DNA of 64,000 bases from Fimicolochytrium jonesii (taxonomy: Eukaryota). Of the stretch, positions 1 to 12,768 are shown one piece after another. A program made the translations under genes and the position numbers. Where the stretch lies: positions 620,001-684,000 of the forward strand of contig NW_026515678.1 of NCBI RefSeq assembly GCF_025526975.1. Reading direction: 5' to 3'. Within the stretch, counting starts at the first letter, position 1. Every line of letters starts with the position of its first letter. The notes beneath the pieces are model-generated. The model was not told the DNA's origin and made no database searches. It saw nothing but the letters and a program-made list of their open reading frames with translations.

Positions 1-3000
1 CCATTCCCAGCCCTCGCTTGGAGCCTCGCCGCAGCATCCTGCGCATTCGCAGCCGGACCCGTGGCCGAAAGCGGGGTCTTGGACCGTTGCAAAAGACTGC
101 TGTATGTCGCTTGTTGCTGTTGTTGTTGTTGTTGCTGTTGTTGAGGACGCTGTTGGAATGCTTGCTGTTGTTGAAGCGCGGCAGGGAAGGCGTATTGCTG
201 TTGTTGCTGCTGCTGTCTATGCGGAGCGAGCCCTGAGATGGGTAGGCCGTCATAATACCCTGAGAACCGGTCGCGGTCGTAGAACGTTGCCGATCCGTTC
301 GCCATAGGTAGAGACCCGACCGCTACTTCATGGGGCTCCATATTCCCACCCTCGGTCTCGCTCTGAGACCAGAAACGGCTCGGGCTAGGCTGACCAGGCA
401 CATGCGGCTCCCCCCACGCGTCAATGAGAGATGCAACGGGACCATGACCGCCAAGCGATTCGTAGGTGTCGGAAAGACCGTTGGCGGAAGCCGCGCCAGC
501 AGAATACGATTGAGCGGCGTGGTCGAGTATCGGGTAGGCCGGGAAACTGTAAGCATGCTCAGGTACCGCTTTGATGTTATTCGCAAGTAAATCGCTTGAT
601 GAAGCCGTTTGTCCATTATCAGCAATCCGACTCGAATTCGCAAATCGGTCCTGATTGGGTTGCGCCACCCCACTGCGCATGTTGGCCGCCTGTTCCGATC
701 CAATATGCTGTTGTTGCTGTTGGTGCTGCTGCTTATTCTGCCCATCCCCAGCAAACTCATCCTCCCCAGCCGCCTGCTGGTTTGACCTCTCACCCGCACC
801 CCTCAACCTCTGCACAGCCCCCAGCATCCTCGTCAAGTGCCCAATCTTCTCCACCCCAAACGTATTCACAAGATCGTCCTCCGTCAACGTCTTCAGGTCC
901 TCAAACGCCACCTCCTCCTTCGTGAACGCTTCAGCGTACTCGGCAAGATCTAACGAGCGCAACCAGCTGATCACGCCCGTGACGGGAATGTCCCCGCGCG
1001 GGCAAGGGTCGACAGGCTTCTGTTCCTTGATGAGGTGCATGATGCGTTTACGAGGGCCGACTTTCGTGATCCCGAGACGCACAAGATCGGATTCACGGAG
1101 CAGTTGCAGATCGCCGTATGTGACGGCGTGGGCGGCGAAGGTCGGGTAGTGCTGTTGAAGACCCAGGTGGGCTAGGAAGGCTTGCAAATCGAGGTCGGCT
1201 GATTTGTGTGTATCGGGTGATGGGTCGGGTATAGTGTCCCCGAGGTATGAGGTTGGTGCGTGGGTATCAATCGCACCTTTGCCGGAGCCGATCTCGATGT
1301 TTCCGAATTGGACCGGGAGATGTATGCCGGTATCTCCAGGGGTATGCTCACCGCCCTCGTCGGAAAGTGCAATGCCGTTGTCGGTTGCGGTCGAATCGCC
1401 GTGCTCAGCGTGCTCCGTCATTTCCGCCGCGCTCGCCACACCAGCGGATACGGCAGGTCTCTTCGTCCGAGACCGCGTCGCCGGTGCTGGTGCCGCCCTC
1501 CTCGCCGCCAACGGGCTAACCGCTACCTGCGACGGCTGCGACGTCTCGGACAGCGCCGAGGCACCCGTAGCAGGCACCACCAGCCCCGCATTCGAATTCT
1601 TCCGCCTGCGCGTCCCACCCCTCGTCCCCCTCCTCCTCAACCGGGGTGTGCTCCCCACATACTCAAAGTTGTCCTGGTCCCCATCCTCCGACTCCATCTG
1701 CGTGCCCACGTCGTCCGTCTCGCGGGGTGTGTACGGCGGTGGTGGTTCGTCCATCTCTTTCACAGGTACTTGCTCTTTCTGCTGTGTGGGTGTCGCCGTT
1801 TCCGCATACGCGGAATCACTCCCGTCTTCGATGATGTTAGACTCTTCTTCTGTGGTGGTGGGTGAACCCACGCCAGATTGCGCGAGGGACCGTCCACTTC
1901 CACTCCTGGTGATGTGGTCACGCGACGCCCGGTCCGCCTCCGCCCTCAGTTTCGCAGCCGCCTCACGTTCACTCAAAAACACCTCAATCTGCAATCGCCT
2001 CCTCTCCATCGCCTTATTTGCGTCCTCTATTTCCCGCACCAGCAGCCTCGTCGCCATATCCACCTCGCGGAACCCGGCCTGTCCGCCCAGGTACTCCTTC
2101 TGCTCCAGCGCGACGCGGCAGACCGCTAGAATCCTGTTGTAGCAATCGCGGTTGGCGATGGACAGTGAAATGTCGGAGGGCTGATTCGTGTCGGGGACGA
2201 TGGAGACTACACGTAAAGCGGGGCGATTGCGGATGACGGCCTGTACGGTCTGCACGATCTGGTTTCTGATCGTCGGTGGGAGGATGTACGGTGTGTCTGC
2301 CGGGTACATGATCGGAAGCGAATACAGCAAGTCCTCGAGATCCGAGAGCGAGCCCTCACGACGGACATCGTCGAATGAACAGACGGTCGTGGTCGACGGC
2401 CTGCGACCCGTCACCTCGTGCATCATATCCGCCGCAAAGCTGTACCGACGGGATCCTTTGTCGGATACAAGGTCCTCATCGTCTTCAGCACCGCCTTCAT
2501 CCTCATCTCCTGCGTCATTGTTGTCTCCACGATCATCGCCATCCTCCTCGTCCTCGAGATGCACCCGGCCGTCTCCGTCCTCCTTAAGCAGCGCTTTGAC
2601 GAGTTCATTGAGTTTGCTCTTCCACAGATGCTGCTCCTCATTCCGCGCCACCCGGGCCTCGAGATCAACGACTATGTCCTCGGTTTCAGAGACAATGTCC
2701 TCCATACGGCTTCGGCGGGCTTGGTCCAGAAGCTTTCGTAGCTTTGACAGTTTCTCGGTAGTGGGGACGTTTCCGGTTTGATTGATGACGAGGGAGATTT
2801 GGCCACGGAGGCGCTTTGCTAATCTGCTGCGGCGCTCTTCTTTGCTTTTCTCCATTTCTTCCCGCCTCATTTGCCGGACGGCCTGGATATCTTCGATGTA
2901 GTGGTCCAGAAAGGTGGACCATTCGCCGATGCCCAGATTGTTTTCAGCCTGCAATTGGAGTACTTTAGTGTTACTTGACGAGACCGCCGGCAGTGAGTGC

Positions 3001-4535
3001 TTGACATGTCTGCAATATTTACCCTGACTCGGAAGGAGTAGTGCCCGGGTGGTAATACATCAGTCCACCACTCAGTGCTCCATCCCAGATATATTCTGAC
3101 CCACTCGCTGGAAACGCGTTTCAGTATCACCATACCGTTGCGGTTTCAGTACCACCCTTCAAATATCTTACCTTGCTTCCGGCCCCATGCTTCGTTGTTT
3201 GACATGGAGCTCATATCGCGAGATCTGCAATTCCTCAGCCGAAGCGCAACTCCAACTCAGTAGAACACGTGAGTGGCCTCGCTTCGAATCCGTGAGGATG
3301 GTATCCATAGCGCGTGGCATGGTGCATTGATGCGGAAAGCCGCCGGTGAGTCGTCTGTGGTCGTTAGGATTAACTGTTCGGCTTGCTTGGCCGCCTGAAA
3401 GAAGAGGAGAAGGGGCTTCCTACTCAGATACTGTGTAAGCCGATAAAAAAAAGCTGGCACCCAGATTTACCTGCACCATCGCGCTTTGTGACTGGACGAT
3501 GTCCTTCCTGGTCGGCGTTCTTCGAAGGCTTAGGTAAAGTTGCGAGGAAGGCATTGTGATCCATCATTTGGATATAGCGGCGCCTGAGTTCTGTGTCTGT
3601 CAGGACTTGATGGGCAGTCTGCAGCTCCTGAAATCTCTCTACAAAGCACATGAAGGGTAAGTATCCGGTGAATATATGGCAAGAAGGGGTCATTTGACAT
3701 ACGATAATCGTTCTCGGTGGGCGTTCCGATCTTGTCAGGGTGGTACTTCAAGGAAAGGTGCTTGTACCGTTTCCGGATGACCTCCATCAGCGATTGATGC
3801 CCCTGATCCGCTAGAGTGTCCAACTCCTTGCCGCGCTTTTCCAGCCCCGTCACTTTCTCGCGCGCTTCCGCAACTTCCCTGAATGCTAGGCCGCACAGTA
3901 GTTGGAAAGTGGTTTCGTTCCGGATGGGACCTGTGTGGAAGTATCGTCCTGTATCCGACACCAGTGTTCCTTCGTTTTTGATGACATCCACTATTCGGCA
4001 AATGTCCTAAGGATGCACGAGCGCTTATTTCAGTACTAGTAATCGAGAATGACCCACATCCGACGAGCATATATACCTTTGGCCCTGACACGGACGCTAG
4101 GGATGCCTGGGCTTCCACGAACGTCAGCACGTTTGTACTTGTGACCGTAAGGCCTCCCGTTACTGGGAATCCCTTCTTTCTAGCCGCGCGTTCGGCGTTC
4201 TTCTTCTCTCGTTTTCGTGCCGCGCGTTCTCTCTCGTCTAACTTTTTTTCTTCTTTCTTTTTGTCCTGCTGTAGTTCTCGCCGCGCCTGCTCGACTTTTC
4301 CAAGAGCCTCTTCCGCTTCCGTCAGCTCCTCCCTCGATTTCACTATTTCCTCGGCAAGGGCGATTTGCTCCTGAAAGATCCCGACAAGAGTTCTGGCCGT
4401 CTCGTCATTTTCGAGGTTTAGGACCTGAAAGAAGTGCGGAAGAGGTCCGCGGGTCTTGAGACTGGGAGCACGGGAGGCTACCTTGGTCTTTTGTGTGGAG
4501 ACGGCAGCCTCGGGTTGCGACGATGCTGCAGCCAT
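1..4535 (-). CDS. Multi-exon protein: N-terminal coiled coil, J-domain (HPD), fibronectin type III-like domain, acidic/coiled-coil region, two tandem SAM domains, Gln-rich tail; 3' end lies beyond the window edge
   Basis: Manual splicing gives IRKRYKHLSLKYHPDK...FQELQTAHQVLTDTELRRRY (J-domain, ~3570-3790). FN3 pattern: SRVLLSWSC...ISRYELHV...HYSFRVR|AENNLGIGEWS, joined across a GT-AG intron at ~2949-3021. One open minus frame runs from ~2948 to base 1 and contains LQAFLAHLGLQQHYPTFAAHAVTYGDLQLLRESDLVRLGITKVGPRKRIM and VISWLRSLDLAEYAEAFTKEEVAFEDLKTLTEDDLVNTFGVEKIGHLTRML (SAMs), then poly-Q. The ATG at 4535 and the linkage of all exons into one gene are inferred. Confidence 0.75.
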
Positions 4536-5624
4536 TGCTGCGCAAACGGTCCAAGAAGCTGTGCGAACGAAGTGATCGACGCTGCGCAATGGCTGTAACT
4601 ACGGCTTTCCAGTGCTACTCCTGGTGCCTCAGAGGTTGACGGTATCGTTCCTTCCACGAACGTTCGTACGCCCCGCTGAGCTCAACTTCTGCGAAATGCG
4701 TCCGATAACAGTGTGCTGCACGTAAAATGAGCCTAGAATGAGGACTGATCCGCTGGCTGGCCTTGAGCCGGCTGCTAGCTAGTGAGTCGGTATGTCTGCG
4801 GTCTCTGTTGTACTGTCGTTCGAAGTGATCACCAACCTACAAGGGAGGAAATTTGCACGAGAATAAGGATATGGATCTGGGGCGAGTCGCGAAAGGTTAG
4901 GGCCTTGGTTGAGCCCGTGGGGTATTGAGTATCGTTCCGACCGGCGTGCGGCGAGGCCAGCTGCAGCGGCAAAGGGAAGGAACGGCGGGATGGCGAGGGG
5001 AACGTAGGGGTGGTTGCGGGGTCGCCGGCTCGCTTTGGTGTTGTTGTTGATGTTGTTGGGGGTTGGGTGTTGAATAGTAAGCAGCTCAGCGATAGTGCGG
5101 GTTGTCCGTGGGAGCCATCGCCATGATTCAATAAAGAATGCGACGTGTTCGCCGCGTCAGCTTCCCTCTTTCCCCTGGCTTGGCTTGATCTGGGCTTTAT
5201 CCGTGGGCTTTATCCCACCCACCGGACATACACCCACGGCGAATAGCTGCTGCGGCCATATATACGACAGGCCATACTTTCTCACCTGGCACTCACTAGC
5301 TCCCCGTCGCTTCTGCTGAGAAGCTCATGTCATGTCTATAGTACAGTCTTATAAGGGGGAAAGGGGAACAATGCGGTTATACTGTGTCCTGTACCATCTT
5401 GTGCCATGTCGAATGCCTTCGCGCTCCAACGTCATACGGCCCGGTGCCAGCGTATCACATAGGTCGTACCCCAAAGCAACAAGCATGGCCGAAGGGCGCT
5501 CTATATAAGGCGGTTGCAGGAACGGACCTTGGGTCACGCTGTGAACTCTTTTTCGGGAGGTGAACAGTCGCCAAGCATTTGCGAATTTCACTGGTGGGGA
5601 CACAGGGGTCAGCGGTAAAGCATC

Positions 5625-8327
5625 ATGGCACTCCGTTCCCGTCAGAATACCGGTGGCGGCCTCTATGACGAGCACAGACTGTCAGTGGACAACTACGATG
5701 GGACGACGACCAGAGAGACGAAACCACTTCTGCCAGGACATGTCGGGTCTCGCCCGAAGGTGCGTGGTCGGCTGTGGCACTTTGCTCGATGAAGGAGGAC
5801 GTGGGCTGAAGTGAAAGATTCTCTTGCCCCGTTAGTCCACGTGGATAGAGTCTCTGGGGAGGTTTTTTGTTTTTGCCAGCATTGCAACCATCTCTTTTCT
5901 GGGATGGAAGACATTTTCGGGAGCCTCCCGAAATTCCCATGGCCGGTAAGAAAGTGAAAAACAAGGTCTTTCAAAAGCGATCACGTCTGATGATACCACC
6001 ATCCCCCAGAGATTACTATTTGATCCATAACGCTCGTGTATATACGGTGGATCGTAGTCTCCCGAATGTGGACGCCTTTGTGGTGAAAGACGGTCGATTT
6101 GTTGATGTTGGACTTTCATCCGAGTTGCTTGACCGGCATCCCTCGGCTGCCCGGTTTGATGGGCAGGGCAAAACCATCATACCCGGACTAATTGATGCTC
6201 ATGGGGTACGGCATCTGTGTGAATTGGCAACAACGAGAATCGAAGGTGTTTTCTCACGAACCTTCCCAGCATCTCCTCGAACAAGGACTGTTCATGTCGA
6301 GAGCCGATGTGAAAAACTCCACAACTCTTGCGCAAGTGCGCAACTCCCTGCTGAAGTACCTGGACGCGCATCCTGAAATCGAAAAGAACGGAGAATGGAT
6401 TTTTGGCAGTGGCTGGGATCAGACGGTGGGGATCATATTTTCCCACCATATTGACCGGCAACGCATTGACCCATATGAATCTAATATATAATCGTCGAAA
6501 CGCAATCAGCTCTGGAGCGAGACCAACTTCGCCTTCCCCAAAGCAACCGACCTCGACGCCCCCACCCGTCTCCAACACATCCCGATCTGTCTCTATCGCG
6601 TCGACTATCACGCCTACTGGCTCAACACCGCCGCTCTCGCCCTCATCCAACCCCATCTTCCCGCCCCCGGCACGCCCATCGACGGCGGAGAGATCGTCCG
6701 CGATGCCGATGGGCATCTCACGGGAGTCTTTGTGGATAATGCGATGGGGTTTGTGGACGCTGCGTTGCCGAAACCGAGTGAGGCGAGATTGAGGGATGCG
6801 TTGAGACTTGCGACGGGGGAGATGGTGAGGTTTGGGTTGACGGGGTTGCATGATGCGGGGGTTACGCCGGAGGGGATTGACTTTTTGAAACGGTCAGTTA
6901 CGGGTATGGCGTTTGGGAGCAATGCCTTCAGGAGCTGAGACGATCATCTCTCAACCATGCAGAGCCGCAGATGAACGCCTAATGCCGATCCGCAACTACA
7001 TCATGATCCGCTGCGAGACACCGGAGTACTGCGGACACCTGGCGCCGAAGTTCAAGAACTATCGTGATCGGTTGACTGTCAATTCCGTGAAGCTTTTCTT
7101 TGATGGCGCCTTGGGTTCTTGGGGCGCTGCGATGATTGAGGTAGATTATGGAATGCTGTTGTCCTCACTGCTGCTGATATAATCTTACCGATTTTGCTAG
7201 CCTTATGCAGGTCTGGATGCATCGCCAATGGTAACGAGGTCATGGCTGTCATCTAACCCCTCTTGCTTGCAGATGATTCTACGAAGAATGGTCTCATGCG
7301 AATGTCCTCCGAACAATTCCGAAGCCTGGCTTACAAGGTATGTTGTCCGCCTGATACATTTCAGGTGATACATACTAACAAGCTCATACGCACATCCAGT
7401 GGGCCAAGAACGTAAGTCTAACCATTGGGGAAGCATTCCTCACGCCCAACCGCTGATAGATTCACACAGGGTTACCAAGTCAATGTACACTGCATCGGCG
7501 ACCGAGCAAACCGAATCGCGTTGGACGGATTTGAAGCGGCCTTTCGTAACCTGAGTCTGACTGCAGATGAAGCAAGGGAACGGAGGATGCGGATTGAGCA
7601 TGCGCAGATCATTGTAGGAACAATGTTTGTGTGGTTATGTGATTTCTGGAATAGGTTGCCTGATTTCTGTGTGTGATGGTTTTCAGGCCCCGGAGGATAT
7701 CGAACGGTTTGCGAAACTGGGGATCATCCCGTCCATGCAACCTACACACGGTATGTTCGGTCTCGCATCTACGTAAACTCATTGATCTCCGGTAACCTAT
7801 GGCTACAAATCCAGCAACAAGCGACATGACCTACGCCGAAACCCGCCTCGGCCCCTCCCGCATCCGTACCGCCTACGCCTGGAAATCCCTCCTCAAAACC
7901 GGCACACCCCTCGCTCTCGGGTCCGATTTCCCGATTGAAGGCGTCAACCCTCTGCTCGGCATCTACGCGGCTGTCACCCGCTTGGATGTGGATGGTGGCT
8001 CTCCGCATGGGAAGGGTGGGTGGTATCCCGGTGAACGGTTGACGGTGGACGAGGCGTTGAGGGGGTTTACGGTGGATGCTGCTCGGGCCGCGTTTCAGGA
8101 AGGGGAGGTAAGTGTGGTGACCTTTGCGTGAGGGTCCCCTACCTTGCAATGCGTGTATTGAACTGCACCGTTTCACTCTTACCCAGCTGGGATCGATCAC
8201 CCCGGGCAAGAAAGCGGATTTTGCGGTATTCGATCGGGATTTCGTTGGAGGCGAGCCGAGCGAGATACTCAAGGCACGGTGCCTCACTACTGTTGTTGGT
8301 GGCGGCGTGGTGTATGGGCAGCTCTGA
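5625..8327 (+). CDS. Amidohydrolase family 3 (YtcJ-like) metallohydrolase with N-terminal transmembrane anchor; about 10 introns
   Basis: Motifs occur in the expected order: [96 protein letters not shown]. Hydrophobic [15 protein letters not shown] in predicted exon 2. TATATAA at ~5502. Confidence 0.9.
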
Positions 8328-8690
8328 AAACGGATCCCCACGCGCACTCTGGGTGCGTTCCTGGATATCTTTATGGTCGCGGCGTATGAACTACTTTAGA
8401 TTCAGCGATTGAAGGCAGCCAGCCAACTACATAGGAGATTTGCAGGTCTTTGAGTGAATGGGGTCGAAGACGCTTGGTACAAGCTATCTCTACGCAGCTA
8501 GAGCGAGGTCGTTTTGATCCTACATCGCGTCCTGGGGATCAAATGGGTCTGCCCAACCCCCTGGAATGTAGTAGGTCGATCCATTCAAATATGAGGTCTT
8601 ATTCAATCGTGCACAGATCGATGCAAATTTCCATCCTTGAGATCAATCGTCCTGATTTAGACACTGAGGTTTGGCGGAACCGCAGGAAAA

Positions 8691-10308
8691 CTATGTTGGG
8701 GCCCCCTTCCGTTTGTTTTTACCGGTCTTTACTTGTCGAGAGAGAGTACTCTCCACGCTTTTAAGAGCTTTTTTGAGTTTTTTAACCTCTATCTTCTGTC
8801 CAAATTTCTCGTCATGATAACCCAACGCTTTGAAGGGCTTCATCTTCTTTGCTGAGAAGAGGCATATGATCCCTGAAGCTATGTCATCTGCGAGATTTTC
8901 GGGCAGTTCTGTGATGTCACACTGTTTTCCCTGGAGCAGAGACTTCAAACCCGTGCATACTCGAATATCTGTTGCTGAACATCAGTTTCTTCTGAGGCAT
9001 TGTGGACTCACCCGCCGCCACAGCATATCTGACCTGCTAGGAGACGTATCTCGTCCTTCGCATCACTTAAAGTATCACGCACCCAGTTCCGAGTGAGATC
9101 GGGTTTAAAACCGTTGTCGTCAAATGTCCCCCTCTCCGTCAAAACCGTCCGAATGGCATTATTGAAATCATTGTCGGTGCGAAGATTTCGCAACCAAGCT
9201 CGGAAGCTTTTCATATCCGGGACCGCCACAGTCTTGAGATCTGCCAATTCCGATGATAGTCTCTCGTCTAGGTCCGCCTGAGGTGAGTACGCCACCATGG
9301 AACTATCAATGTAGCTCTGCATACTCACCGCATTCTTTCCATTCACGGGTAACCTTGGACAAACCTGATCGGAGGTCTCTGATAGGCTTATCCATGGCAC
9401 ATGTCGCGCATAGATGGGTGGTCTTTTTCGCAACGGCATTCTTACATCGTCGAAGATGCTCATCGTTTGAGCTCCTGCATGTGGCATCATCGCAGATGTG
9501 ATGACATTGCCCACAGCTGCCCTTTTCATCCCGCGGCAAGCCGCATATGCCCCGAACTTTTCGATCACTGCCACATACTGTTTTGACACTTCGATTAGTC
9601 GTTCACGTACGATCCTACCACCCAGCCAAATCACGTACCGAGGACCTTGGCACAGCCTCTCCGCGGTCGCTTCCTTTTCAGCACCTCGGTGTTATCTCGT
9701 TGTTCCATTTCATGCACGCTAGACGCAACAGTTGCCTGTGTGTCAGGCGCCGCTGACCCCGCAGATCGGGGAATGTCTCGGTCTTCTACCATTCGCGATT
9801 CCAAGTCGTGTTCACTTTGGAGTGCTTGGCGGGTGTTCGTATACTCCATAACATCACAGGCATCCTCATCTTTCAGTCTTTGCGTTTCAGTTACCTCCGG
9901 GGGCTCCGGCACTGGCACGTGGTCAAGCTGCATGTCTGCCGGCCCCATCATTGTAGATTGAACAACTGGCTCTGTGTCAGGCGCCACTGACATCAGGTTT
10001 TGGTCTTCTACCATTCGTGATTCCAGGTTGTTGTCATTTTGATCCTCATCTTTCAGTTGTTGCGCTCCAGTTTCCTCCCCGGGGGTCGGCATTGGGACGT
10101 TATCAAGCTGCATCTCCGCCGGCCCCGACATGGCAGATTGAGTAAGCTCTGTCTGTCGGTTTTCCACAACTGGCGATCCCGGGCCATTTTCCTCGAATGC
10201 TTCAAGCAAACTGGTGTCATACTTCCCAGAATCGAATGGATCTTCAAGCTCCGGATCTTCAAGCTCCGGACTTATCCTTAGAGGTTTCCTGGTCCTGCAT
10301 TGTAACAA
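8691..10308 (-). CDS. Uncharacterised multi-exon coding region with acidic repeats and a possible Cys-rich segment; either a C-terminal extension of the DUF262/DUF1524 gene or a separate gene
   Basis: Consecutive minus ORFs 9631-10308, 9008-9634 and 8691-8948 with GT...AG intron-like junctions. One splice reading gives CGLPRDEKGSCGQCHHICDDATC...LCATC. The frames could not be joined unambiguously. Confidence 0.4.
9721..10130 (-). repeat. Two imperfect coding repeats of ~55-70 aa
   Basis: GPAEMQLDNVP...LKDED...LESRMVED...APDT and GPADMQLDHVP...LKDED...LESRMVED...APDT in ORF 9631-10308. Confidence 0.8.
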
Positions 10309-12768
10309 CCACGGGCGTTAGGTTGCGCTCAAGTACTGCGTCAAACAGAAACGCTACCTCTGGAATCTCGTCCAGCTCGAGAAAGTCAATTGCATACGCG
10401 TCTCGAATGCTCTGCAGCAAGTAACTATTGTTCTTCTCAAAACTCTCTCTCTTCCAGTGGCGTCCTGTGACCAGATCGCCTTCCTTTGTTTCGACTTCCA
10501 ATTTCAGCACCTTTCTGGTCAGTTCGAAAGGCTGGGCGGCGCCAGTAGAAGTCACTTCATATCCCTTTCTTTTTTCATTCCAAGGCTTATCGCCAAGAGA
10601 CGAATTATGACGGTCCACCAGAAGCGTTAGGTTTCCTAAGCGGTGCACGTGTTTCCGTAAATACTCTCGGTCCGGTTCCCCGTCCAGGCCTATGTAGGAG
10701 ATCAATATTATTGGGGAGAAATAGAACATCCGAGATACATCGCTTGCCTTTATCGCTTTGAGGAACTATATGTTCCAAGGTCACCCTGCCGTAGTCCATG
10801 CCAATATAAGATTTACACCCAGGTTCCTCCTTTAGCAAGTTGCACCGCAATAGAAGGTGCTGTATTGCATATGACTTCGCTCTGTTATATGTATTGCCTC
10901 TGAGAATTTCCGCGAACTTTCTGACATGTTTATCTTCCGCCCCAAGTTCGGGATACCTTGTGAGTCGCGTAAGTTCATGAAACATAATCGTTCAGAGCAG
11001 TCCGGATCCCTTACCAGCGAAACTTTTCTTCTTTAGGCCCTTTCAGGATACAATGCAATACATCATACAGGCGATCTGCGCAGAAGTCGGTCAACTTGTT
11101 TTTCCTTGTATTTTTCGCTGCGGCAACTTGCCAGATGGCAACGGAGCGTTCAAGATTGTACCACATGGGTTCTGCGTCTGGAGAACCCATCTTCGGCAAG
11201 CGGTTCTTGATATGTGCAGCGATGATGAGGCTCCGCCAGAAGTTCCACGGGCGATTGTTGGTGATGTAGAGCATTTCAATGGCCCACCAAGCTCTGCCGG
11301 CTACTTTCTCGTCTGCATTGGAATTTATTTCTTCGATTGCTCGTTTCTTCAATTCTGCGCGAGGTTTTGGGCTCTTCGGTCCCTTCTTCTCATTCAAAAA
11401 AAACTCATCCAGAGTGGTCAAGATACCATGTGCAGCTTTGATATCTGGGAAGAAGGAGGAAAATGTCTCCGACTGATCAACATGGCAAAGAGACTTGATG
11501 AAGATGTGTTGCGGAGAGCCCGGATCTTCCAGGTCGGAATCCAGTGCCAATTTGAAGTTCGGTCTCAGGTCTTTCTGCATTGACATGGGATATCACGTCA
11601 AGAAATGCGTGCGGGTACTCAAACACAGATTTCTCACTCGTACCTTAACAAAATATATCAAACACAAGTGCTCCAAAAGCTCTTTCATGCCTTCGTCACC
11701 CCGATCCTTTCTTGTAGCTTGCCAAATTTTCGCATGCGATTTCTCAGCTGTCGCCGACCCTTTTCTTTTGATTTGAAATAGTTTCTCGGAGAATAAGGCC
11801 CCAAAGTAGTCCACGGCCGTGACGTCGACCCCTCTCGTGTTGAGAGCGCGAAAGGTGCGATACGCAGAATCCAGGTCCCTGACCTCCATTGTCACCATCC
11901 GACAGCTTGTGAAAATGTACTCGGCGACTTCCAGCATTGTCGTCGAACTGGGTGCATCTGATGAAACTGGTGCTCCGTCGTCACCATCGTCACCACCCTC
12001 GTTTGCAACGGCCGGACTCAGCCCCCATTCTTCCTCCAAGTATCTCTTGATTTCGATGCAATTATCTATGATGCGTTTCTGGAATTTGGCATCTAACCGG
12101 TTTCCGTTTTCGACCTCTCCCATGTCAAGAAAATGGTGCATATTGGTCTGAAGAAACGACTCAGGCACCGACATGCAAGCCTCATAAGAGAGCAGGTCGA
12201 TAACTCACCAGCACTTCTGCCCATTTCTTGTCATAGTCTAAGCCTTCCGGATCGTCGTAACACATTCTAAAACAGTTTTCATCATCATCCGGGTCCGTCT
12301 CCACAAACTTTGAATGGGCGTCTTCGTTTCCCTTATCAAGATAACGCAATACAGCCAAAATGAGAATCAATGTCGTAATCCTCTGCTGCCCATCCACTAT
12401 GGAATAACAATCCTGCTGATCTTTCTCATTCCTCCAAAGGACGAGTGCGCCGAGAAAATACGTCGAGTCCTTCTTTGACCTAGTGAAAGCATTCTTGATA
12501 TCTTTAAGAAGCTGGATTACGTGGGGTGCCGTCCAGCAGTATGGTCGTTGGAACTTGGGAACTACCAATCGGTTGCACCTCGGAGCTGTGTGGCCGAAGC
12601 TGATGTTAATTTATTAGCAGGAATCAATCTTGATACACGTCGAAACCTACGATTTCCATCACGAAATAAATGCGACAGAGATGTTTCAAAGACGTCTTTG
12701 AGGGACCCATTCTCGATACGGCTACTGGCTTGAAAGCTTTTTTGGTGTTGCCTCCATCGCTGTCGCAT
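10259..12768 (-). CDS. DUF262 (GmrS/ParB-like) + DUF1524 (His-Me/HNH) fusion, GmrSD/SspE-like nuclease, interrupted by spliceosomal introns
   Basis: DUF262 motifs: VPKFQRPYCW, YFLGALVL, IVDGQQRITTL, AYRTFRALNTRG. DUF1524 motifs: TLEHIVPQ and RLGNLTLLVDRHNSSLGDKPWNEKRKGY. Introns that restore the frame: 12148-12208 (GTGAGT..CAG), 11575-11643 (GTACGA..CAG), 10957-11014 (GTAAGG..AAG), 10690-10738 or -10747 (GT or GC donor..TAG), and probably one at ~12586-12650. Start and stop positions are uncertain. Confidence 0.85.

Noticed and set aside
100..220. (TGT/TGC)n trinucleotide runs, also at ~705-730 and ~27000-27160
   Set aside because: Ordinary poly-Gln coding tracts on the minus strand
655..2781. 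Long plus-strand ORFs (655-1149, 1204-2142, 2188-2781) and minus ORF 323-799
   Set aside because: Antisense or off-frame shadows of the GC-rich SAM-protein exon, whose true frame runs off the window edge
10259..12768. Bacterial contamination as the source of the GmrSD-like gene
   Set aside because: Multiple frame-restoring spliceosomal introns and contiguity with fungal genes argue against it
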